From Limnohabitans sp. (lineage in GTDB: Bacteria; Pseudomonadota; Gammaproteobacteria; Burkholderiales; Burkholderiaceae_C): 64,000 nucleotides of DNA. The DNA lies in NCBI RefSeq assembly GCF_040401135.1, contig NZ_JBBAOV010000005.1, positions 12,800-76,799 of the forward strand, in the 5' to 3' direction. This document shows positions 55,621 to 62,040 of this stretch, piece by piece. Both the position numbers and the translations under genes were made by a program. The notes beneath the pieces are model-generated. The model was given only the letters and a program-made list of their open reading frames with translations. It was not told the origin of the DNA and did no database searches. The first letter of the stretch is position 1, and every line of letters begins with the position of its first letter.

Positions 55621-56034
55621 ATGAAACGCGTTTCTGCCCTTTTAGCTTGTTTGTTGGCCTTTGCCGTGGTCTTGCCTGCTCAAGCCGATGGACGTTGGCA
55701 TGGCGGCCATGGCGGTGGTGGTCGACATGGTGGCCACGGCTTTAGCCAAAACTACGGTGGCCACTATGGAGGCTATGGTTATGGCGGTCATCATGGTTAC
55801 GGTAGTCACTACCGGGGTTCTAGCAACCAATGGCTAGCCCCTGTTTTGGGCGCCGCGTTGGTGGGCAGCGTGATTTACTCAGCCACGTCATCCAGCTATG
55901 CCATGCCTCAGCAAGTTGTGGTGCAGCAGCAGTACTTACCGCCAAGCCGTGTGGCGTATTTCTGTCCAACAGCCCAGCAGTACTACCCCACGGTACCCAC
56001 TTGCCAGGTGCCTTGGCAGCCTGTTAATTATTGA
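55621..56034 (+). CDS. Secreted Gly/His/Tyr-rich protein with C-terminal C-x12-C motif (paralog 2)
   Basis: 137 aa. Signal sequence ending AQA, a 46-residue tract with 20 Gly, 8 His and 6 Tyr (hand count), the same hydrophobic segment, and C-terminal AYFCPTAQQYYPTVPTCQVPWQPV. Confidence 0.6.
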   Translation: MKRVSALLACLLAFAVVLPAQADGRWHGGHGGGGRHGGHGFSQNYGGHYGGYGYGGHHGYGSHYRGSSNQWLAPVLGAALVGSVIYSATSSSYAMPQQVVVQQQYLPPSRVAYFCPTAQQYYPTVPTCQVPWQPVNY

Positions 56035-56054
56035 TGGGGTCACGCTCTCACAAC

Positions 56055-56078
56055 AAAGCCGGGCTAGCCCGGCTTTTT
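56055..56078. terminator. Intrinsic terminator closing the amidase-MAPEG operon (possibly bidirectional)
   Basis: AAAGCCGGGC-ta-GCCCGGCTTTTT between the convergent genes at 56034 and 56120. Confidence 0.65.
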
Positions 56079-56119
56079 GTTTTGCGTTTGCACTTGCTTG
56101 AAATGCTTTTGTCGGGCGT

Positions 56120-57031
56120 TTAAAGCGTCACTACTTCTTTGTGGCCCAAGCGATTGGAGTAACGCACTTTGCCACCCGTGGTTTCAAGCTCCACACGGGC
56201 GCTGCGGCCTGCGTACACATGGTGTTTGAGCCACTCTAGCTCTTGCTTCATCTCGGGTTCACCGGCCACCAAACGGCTCCAGCAGCGCAGCTCGGCTGAC
56301 CAGCGGTAGTTGCGTGCCTTGAGCTTGTCTTTTGTCTCAAAGGGTGAGTTGATGGCGTACACCTTTTGCTGGGGCTTGTTTAATGTCAGCAGCACTGCGA
56401 GCAGGGCGGTTTGCTGGCTTTGCGGCAGTACTTGGTTTAAGAGTTCTAACAGCGCCCAGCAGTCAGCCTCGGCGCGGTGGGCTTCGTAAAAGTAGCCTTG
56501 TGTACTGAGTAAATATTCCAGCTTGGCCGACCCAAAACCTTCTTCGCGCCAGTCGATGTCTTTGATGCTGCATGCCCAGCTAAGTTGCTCGAACAAGGGC
56601 CAACGGGCTTCCACAAAGGGGCGGTCAAACGACGCGTTGTGGGCAATGATCACATCTACATTTTTCAAAAATTCAGCCACGCGCTCGTCATTAATGCTTT
56701 GACCTTGCACCATCTCATCGGTGATGTGGTGGACAGCAATGGTGGCGGGTGGAATGGCAAAGCCAGGGTCTTCTAGCTCGTCAAACACATCGCTGACACG
56801 GTAGACCACGCCTGTGAAGGGGTCGAATTCAAAGGCCAGCATGCCGAGCTCAATGACGCGGTCGGTGACCACGTCAAAGCCAGTGGTTTCGGTGTCAAGC
56901 ACCACGCCTTTGCTGAGCTTTTGGCCAGGGGCTGGTGTGTTGAACACACGGCCTGGGACGAGTCGGCGAAGTACGCGGTAGTCTGGGTGTTGTTCGAGTT
57001 GTTGTGCGAGTTGTTCGATGTCTTGAGTCAT
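56120..57031 (-). CDS. DEDDh (DnaQ-like) 3'-5' exonuclease fused to a C-terminal domain of about 80 aa
   Basis: Trimmed to ATG 57031. 303 aa. Exo I VVLDTETTG, Exo II IIAHNASFD, Exo III HRAEADC. The C-terminal YAINSPFETKDKLKARNYRWSAELRCW resembles DUF5710-type modules (recall only). Confidence 0.8.
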   Translation of the reverse strand: MTQDIEQLAQQLEQHPDYRVLRRLVPGRVFNTPAPGQKLSKGVVLDTETTGFDVVTDRVIELGMLAFEFDPFTGVVYRVSDVFDELEDPGFAIPPATIAVHHITDEMVQGQSINDERVAEFLKNVDVIIAHNASFDRPFVEARWPLFEQLSWACSIKDIDWREEGFGSAKLEYLLSTQGYFYEAHRAEADCWALLELLNQVLPQSQQTALLAVLLTLNKPQQKVYAINSPFETKDKLKARNYRWSAELRCWSRLVAGEPEMKQELEWLKHHVYAGRSARVELETTGGKVRYSNRLGHKEVVTL

Positions 57032-57041
57032 AGCTGTAATG

Positions 57042-58271
57042 TTAAGCGTGGTCGGCCTTTGTCGCGTTGCGCTTGACGATGGCACGCGACAAAAATAGGC
57101 CCAAGGCACAAACGACCAAGGCGTCTGCACCCAAAATATATTGCGAGTTGAAGTGGTTGAACATTTCTGACAAGACCAAGACGCCTAGAGATTGACCTAA
57201 AAACATAAAACCGGCAAACAGTGTGACGCCGGTGCCTCGAGCTTTAGGTAATAACTGCGTGGCCTTGGCTTGCATGGTGTTGTGAAACATAGCAAAGCTA
57301 AATCCTGCGACAAAGCATGAGGGCAAAGCCAGTTGCCACCAGGGCGAGAATGCGATCACAACAAATGCTGCAGCAAAGCCAATCCCGCCGTAACGGGCTA
57401 AGCCAACTTCACCCAAGCGTCTTATGGTGATTTTTGCCGTGGCCATGTAAGCCATGCCACCCAGCCCGAAGAACGCCGTGGTGCCCCCTGCCATAGTGAG
57501 GGAAATGTGGTGGATCTGGTGCAAGTGCGCGGCTGTCATGGCTAACACACCAAACACGGTAGCCCCCTCAACCAAGGCCAAGCTTAAAAATGTACGTGCC
57601 CAAGGGTTGCGTGCAACATCTTTCAGTTGTTGAAAAAAACCTAACGGCGCATGTGCGTGTTGCGCCGCAGGCTCTAGGTGTTTAAGTTGTCGGTACAGCA
57701 AAAAACTTACAGCGGCAAACGCAATGCTCATCAGCACAAACGCCCAACGCCAGCCCAAGGTGTCGGTCAACAAGCCCCCAAAAAGCTGGCCGGCTGTCAT
57801 GCCCAGCATGGTGCCCAAGCCCACGCGAGCCAATGTTTCTTGGCGTTGCTCGTAGTGCACCGCATCACCGACCCAAGCCAGCGATAGCGGGATGATGGCT
57901 GCAGCGGCCAGCGCGGTGCCCATGCGAGCGCCGATGAGTAACGTTAAATCTGCACTCAGTGCCGACATCAAGCTGCCCAAGCTGCACCCAATGGTGGCCA
58001 GCATGACAACGCGGTACTTGCCGAAGCGATCACCTACTGGGCCGTAGAAAAGTTGCATCAAGCCGTATGTGATGGCAAAAAATGAAATAACTCGTGATGC
58101 CTCACTGATGGGCGTGCCAAAAACACGCGATAGCTCGGGCAGCATGGGGTCACAAATGCGTTGCACAGCCATGCTGCAAAACGTGGCAAGTGATAACAAA
58201 AAAATTGCCCGTTGGGTGGGGGCCGATAGTGCCTGAGTGGTCGCGTGGAGATGGTGTGTCTGTGTTTTCAA
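57042..58271 (-). CDS. MFS transporter (DHA1-like)
   Basis: 409 aa, 12 TM-like segments, GPVGDRFGKYRV motif. The TTG start at 58271 is needed to keep TM1. Stop lies 10 nt upstream of the exonuclease ATG. Confidence 0.85.
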   Translation of the reverse strand: MKTQTHHLHATTQALSAPTQRAIFLLSLATFCSMAVQRICDPMLPELSRVFGTPISEASRVISFFAITYGLMQLFYGPVGDRFGKYRVVMLATIGCSLGSLMSALSADLTLLIGARMGTALAAAAIIPLSLAWVGDAVHYEQRQETLARVGLGTMLGMTAGQLFGGLLTDTLGWRWAFVLMSIAFAAVSFLLYRQLKHLEPAAQHAHAPLGFFQQLKDVARNPWARTFLSLALVEGATVFGVLAMTAAHLHQIHHISLTMAGGTTAFFGLGGMAYMATAKITIRRLGEVGLARYGGIGFAAAFVVIAFSPWWQLALPSCFVAGFSFAMFHNTMQAKATQLLPKARGTGVTLFAGFMFLGQSLGVLVLSEMFNHFNSQYILGADALVVCALGLFLSRAIVKRNATKADHA

Positions 58272-58363
58272 AGCGAGGCCACTTTAACCGTTAGCTTTTG
58301 AAATCCCTGTCGCTTGTAAGTCAAAGTTAAAAAACTTGTATTTTGCGGTTTAGCATTGACTCT

Positions 58364-58891
58364 ATGAAGTTTTTTGCGTCTTTGTTAATCTGGTGCTTGA
58401 GTTTTGTGTGTTTTCCTGCGTTTGCCCAGTCGAACACCGCAAATTTGAATGCTGAAGTATTGGGCGTTTACTTCACGCCACCTGGCGATGTCGCTGCTGC
58501 CATAGTGAAAGCCATTGACGCCAGCGAGCACGAGGTGCTTGTGCAAGCCTACGGCTTTACACATAACGGAATGGCGCAAGCCTTGGTGCGGGCTCACCAG
58601 CGCGGTGTGAAGGTGCGCGTGCTGTTGGATAAAAAGAGTGAGAGTTCAAACCGTTATGTCATTGCCGTGCTGAACGACGCCGACATGGCAGTGCGCCATG
58701 ACGGCAAACATGCCATCGCGCACAACAAGGTCATGCTGATAGATCGGACCATTGTGATCACTGGCAGCTTTAACTTTACCAACTCTGCTGCGACGCGCAA
58801 TGCGGAGAATTTATTGGTTTTGAAGTCTGCAGAGTTGGCCGAAACTTACCGTCTTCAATGGCAACACCACTGGGCTCATGGCGTTAAATAA
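58364..58891 (+). CDS. Secreted single-HKD phospholipase D-superfamily protein, Nuc-type endonuclease-like
   Basis: Trimmed to ATG 58364. 175 aa. Signal sequence ending AFAQ. One HxKxxxxD motif (HNKVMLID) followed by GSFNFTNSA. Size and single HKD match dimeric Nuc-type nucleases rather than two-HKD phospholipases. Confidence 0.82.
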   Translation: MKFFASLLIWCLSFVCFPAFAQSNTANLNAEVLGVYFTPPGDVAAAIVKAIDASEHEVLVQAYGFTHNGMAQALVRAHQRGVKVRVLLDKKSESSNRYVIAVLNDADMAVRHDGKHAIAHNKVMLIDRTIVITGSFNFTNSAATRNAENLLVLKSAELAETYRLQWQHHWAHGVK

Positions 58892-58952
58892 GCGTTTTAA
58901 AAGTCTGATTTAGTCTGAGGGCTCTAAAAAGCATTTTTAGGTGCTACAAGCC

Positions 58953-58980
58953 TTGCCATAGTGAATCTTTTCTTTAAAAT
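58953..58980 (+). promoter_or_regulatory. Candidate sigma-70 promoter of the phasin gene (TTGCCA-16 nt-TAAAAT)
   Basis: Hexamers at 58953-58958 and 58975-58980, about 85 nt upstream of the phasin ATG. Pattern only. Confidence 0.35.
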
Positions 58981-58988
58981 ACCAATCA

Positions 58989-59003
58989 TGCTGCACTGCA
59001 ACA
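58989..59003 (+). promoter_or_regulatory. Imperfect palindrome TGCTGCAcTGCAaCA, candidate PhaR-type operator
   Basis: Located 9 nt downstream of the candidate -10. It contains CTGC-N3-GCA, reminiscent of reported PhaR sites (CTGC-N3-GCAG in Rhodobacter, from memory). One arm mismatch. Confidence 0.3.
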
Positions 59004-59065
59004 TAAATTCAGCTTAGGCAGGATTCAGGGCAGTTTGACTATATTTTTAATTTTGGAGATTTAAA

Positions 59066-59617
59066 ATGACTTTGACCCCTGAACAAGTAATCGCCGCAAA
59101 TAAAGCCAACTTGGAAACTTTGGTTGGTTTGACCACCAAGGCTTTCTATGGCGTGGAACAGCTCATCGAGTTGAACTTGGCTGCTGCCAAAAGCACCTTG
59201 GCTGATTCACAAAAACAAACACACGCAGCTTTGAGCGTGAAAGACGCACAAGAATTGTTAGCTTTGCAAGCTAGCTTGTTTCAACCTTTGGCTGAAAAAG
59301 CTGTGGCTTACAACCGTCACTTGATTGAAATCACAACAGGTACAGGCTCACATTTTCAAGGTCATGTGGATTCCAAGGTGGCTGAAGCTCAAAAAGCGTT
59401 TCATGACATGGTTGACAATGCCGCTAAAAACGCGCCTGCTGGTTCAGAAGCCGCTGTAGCCGCATTTAAAACTGCTGTGGCTGCTGGTAACAACGCATTG
59501 GAATCCGTGCAAAAAGCCGTCAAGCAAGCCACGGAAGTGGCTGAAGCTAATTACAAAAACATCACTGACACAGCTTTGAAGTCAACAACTGCCAAGCCTG
59601 CTGCCAAGAAGCGTTAA
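59066..59617 (+). CDS. phaP: Phasin-family PHA granule-associated protein
   Basis: 183 aa. Ala/Lys-rich amphipathic helical sequence with a phasin-type N-terminus (TPEQVIAANKANLETLVGLTTKAF). GGAG RBS. Confidence 0.82.
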   Translation: MTLTPEQVIAANKANLETLVGLTTKAFYGVEQLIELNLAAAKSTLADSQKQTHAALSVKDAQELLALQASLFQPLAEKAVAYNRHLIEITTGTGSHFQGHVDSKVAEAQKAFHDMVDNAAKNAPAGSEAAVAAFKTAVAAGNNALESVQKAVKQATEVAEANYKNITDTALKSTTAKPAAKKR

Positions 59618-59638
59618 TTTCAGGTTCTCCAGACCTTC

Positions 59639-59669
59639 AAAACGGCTCCTTCGGGAGCCGTTTTCTTTT
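59639..59669 (+). terminator. Intrinsic terminator after the phasin gene
   Basis: AAAACGGCTCC-ttcg-GGAGCCGTTTT followed by CTTTT. Confidence 0.7.
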
Positions 59670-59726
59670 ATATACCGTTAAGTTATGCGTATGTGAGATT
59701 CGTTCATCTGAAATAAGATTCAGGTT

Positions 59727-60221
59727 ATGGATAAGCGTTTATTTTTGAGTGTTTGTGTCACGCCTTTGCTTGTGGCGTGCTCGTCGCTGACGCGCACGCC
59801 ACCATCTAACGCGATCACCTCGCAAAGCTATCCCAACAACCCAGCCAAACGTCAAGACATCGTCATGCAGGCCATGGCCATGCTGGACCGCGGCTACACC
59901 TACGGTGGCAAAAAGCTTCACACGGGGTTTGATTGTTCGGGGCTGGTGACCTTTGTTTACAAAGAATCGGCAGGCATTGCGCTTAAAGGCAGTGCGGCAC
60001 AAATGGCCGCTGCCAGCAAACCGGTGGAGGCCATTGAAGCCCACCCAGGAGACTTGGTGTTTTTTAACACCCTCGGCCCCTCGTTTTCGCATGTGGGTAT
60101 CTACATTGGTGGTGGCAAGTTTGTGCATGCCGCCAATGAACGAACGGGTGTGAAAACCGAGCGGTTGAGTAATGGCTATTGGGCTAAGCGCTTTGAAGGC
60201 TATCGCACCATTTTTGGCTGA
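59727..60221 (+). CDS. NlpC/P60 (C40) family peptidoglycan endopeptidase lipoprotein
   Basis: 164 aa. Lipobox LLVAC, catalytic Cys in GFDCSGLVTFVY, and His in SHVGIYIGGGKFVHA. Confidence 0.88.
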   Translation: MDKRLFLSVCVTPLLVACSSLTRTPPSNAITSQSYPNNPAKRQDIVMQAMAMLDRGYTYGGKKLHTGFDCSGLVTFVYKESAGIALKGSAAQMAAASKPVEAIEAHPGDLVFFNTLGPSFSHVGIYIGGGKFVHAANERTGVKTERLSNGYWAKRFEGYRTIFG

Positions 60222-60225
60222 GGCT

Positions 60226-61293
60226 TCAAGCGTGATCGCGAATAGCCAGTGCAGCCTCTTTCACCAGTGATGGACCTTTGTAAATAAGGCCGGTGTAAAT
60301 TTGCACCACATCCGCACCCGCTTTGATTTTGGCCACCGCATCAGCGCCGCTCAAAATGCCGCCCACGCCCATGATGGGAAATTTGGGGCCCATGGCAGCT
60401 CGCAGCTGGCGAATGACTTGATTGCTTTTCTCAAACACGGGTGCGCCTGAGAGGCCGCCTGTTTCTTCTGCGTGCGCCATGCCTTGAACGGCATCGCGGG
60501 CAATGGTGGTGTTGGTGGCGATCACGCCCCACGAGGGCGTGCCTTCATGAACGCAATGACGCTTCAAGGTGGCGGCAATCACGTCGATTTGGTCGCTTTC
60601 CAAGTCCGGTGCAATCTTGATAAAAACAGGCACTTGTTTGTTGTGCTGAAGGGCCAACTCAGCTCGTCGCTTGGCGAGTGTGCCAATCAGTGCGTCCAGC
60701 GCTTCGTCGCTTTGTAGCGCGCGTAGGTTTTTGGTGTTTGGGCTGGAGATGTTCACTGCAACGTAGTCGGCGTGTGGGTAAACGCCGTCTAGGCAAATCA
60801 GGTAATCGTCGGCAGCATTCTCAATAGGCGTGGCAGCATTTTTGCCAATGTTGAGGCCCAAGAGCATGGGCGATCCAGACTTGCTGCGAAACTTTGCTAG
60901 TTTCACGTTCGCCAAGAAGGCATCCAAGCCATCGTTGTTAAAGCCAAGGCGGTTGATCAACGCGTTGGCTTCGGACAAGCGAAACATGCGGGGCTTTGGG
61001 TTGCCAGGCTGGCCTAGAGGTGTCACTGTGCCGACTTCCACAAACCCAAACCCCATCGCGGCCAAGCCATCGATGCAATGGGCATTTTTGTCCAAGCCAG
61101 CGGCTAAACCTACGCGGTTGGGGAAGGTCAAACCCGCCAGTTGCACCGGGTCTTGCACGCGCTCCTGGCAGTAGGCCCAAGACAGTGGTGTGTTTTGCGT
61201 ACGGGCCAGCAGGGACAGCGTGTGCTCATGGGCGGTCTCAGCATCCAAGGCGAATAGAAACGGGCGGGCAAGTGAATAAGGCAACAACGACAT
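60226..61293 (-). CDS. pyrD: Dihydroorotate dehydrogenase (quinone), class 2
   Basis: Trimmed to ATG 61293. 355 aa. [21 protein letters not shown]-terminus, [10 protein letters not shown] and NISSPNT motifs. Confidence 0.95.
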   Translation of the reverse strand: MSLLPYSLARPFLFALDAETAHEHTLSLLARTQNTPLSWAYCQERVQDPVQLAGLTFPNRVGLAAGLDKNAHCIDGLAAMGFGFVEVGTVTPLGQPGNPKPRMFRLSEANALINRLGFNNDGLDAFLANVKLAKFRSKSGSPMLLGLNIGKNAATPIENAADDYLICLDGVYPHADYVAVNISSPNTKNLRALQSDEALDALIGTLAKRRAELALQHNKQVPVFIKIAPDLESDQIDVIAATLKRHCVHEGTPSWGVIATNTTIARDAVQGMAHAEETGGLSGAPVFEKSNQVIRQLRAAMGPKFPIMGVGGILSGADAVAKIKAGADVVQIYTGLIYKGPSLVKEAALAIRDHA

Positions 61294-61336
61294 GGATAAT
61301 CTCGATCTTTGGTCAATACAACTCGGATTTTCGCCC

Positions 61337-62035
61337 ATGAGCACCCTACAAAACGCAGTCCCTCTGACGCAAGATGAATTAAAGATATTGGTGGGTCAAG
61401 CTGCTTTGCACTATGTGGTGCCTGGCGAGGTGGTGGGTGTGGGCACAGGCTCAACTGTCAACAAGTTCATCGATGCGTTAGCAACGATGAAAGATCAAAT
61501 TAAAGGTGCGGTGTCTAGCTCGGTGGCGTCTACCGAGCGCTTGCAAGCTTTGGGCATCCAAGTGTTTGAGGCCGCCGACGTAGAAAGCCTGTCGGTCTAC
61601 ATCGACGGTGCAGACGAAATCGATCTCCAAGGTCACATGCTCAAAGGCGGTGGCGCTGCGTTGACCCGCGAAAAGATTGTGGCCGCTCAGTCGAAAATGT
61701 TTGTGTGCATTGCCGATGAAAGCAAGTTGGTCGATGCCTTGGGTGGATTCCCCTTACCCGTCGAAGTCATCCCCATGGCCACCGCTCGCGTGATGCGCCA
61801 GTTCGCTGGGATCGGTGGCAACGCCAAGGTGCGTTTGAAAGATGGCAAACCCTTGGTCACTGATAACGGGCAACACATCGTCGATGTGACGGGTCTCAAA
61901 ATCAGCGACCCACTGCAGTTTGAAACCGACGTCAGCCAATGGCCGGGCGTGGTGACCGTGGGTGTATTTGCTCACCAAAAAGCGCAGGTGTGTTTGCTGG
62001 GCACCTCCACCGGCGTGAGAACCTTGAACTTCTGA
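61337..62035 (+). CDS. rpiA: Ribose-5-phosphate isomerase A
   Basis: Trimmed to ATG 61337. 232 aa. [25 protein letters not shown] and [12 protein letters not shown] motifs. Confidence 0.93.
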   Translation: MSTLQNAVPLTQDELKILVGQAALHYVVPGEVVGVGTGSTVNKFIDALATMKDQIKGAVSSSVASTERLQALGIQVFEAADVESLSVYIDGADEIDLQGHMLKGGGAALTREKIVAAQSKMFVCIADESKLVDALGGFPLPVEVIPMATARVMRQFAGIGGNAKVRLKDGKPLVTDNGQHIVDVTGLKISDPLQFETDVSQWPGVVTVGVFAHQKAQVCLLGTSTGVRTLNF

Positions 62036-62040
62036 TCAGG

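Noticed and set aside
58364-58891. PLD-family protein as a phospholipase or cardiolipin synthase
   Set aside because: It has only one HKD motif, is only 175 aa long and carries a signal peptide. That architecture fits Nuc-type endonucleases, so I kept the nuclease-like call, with the activity unverified.
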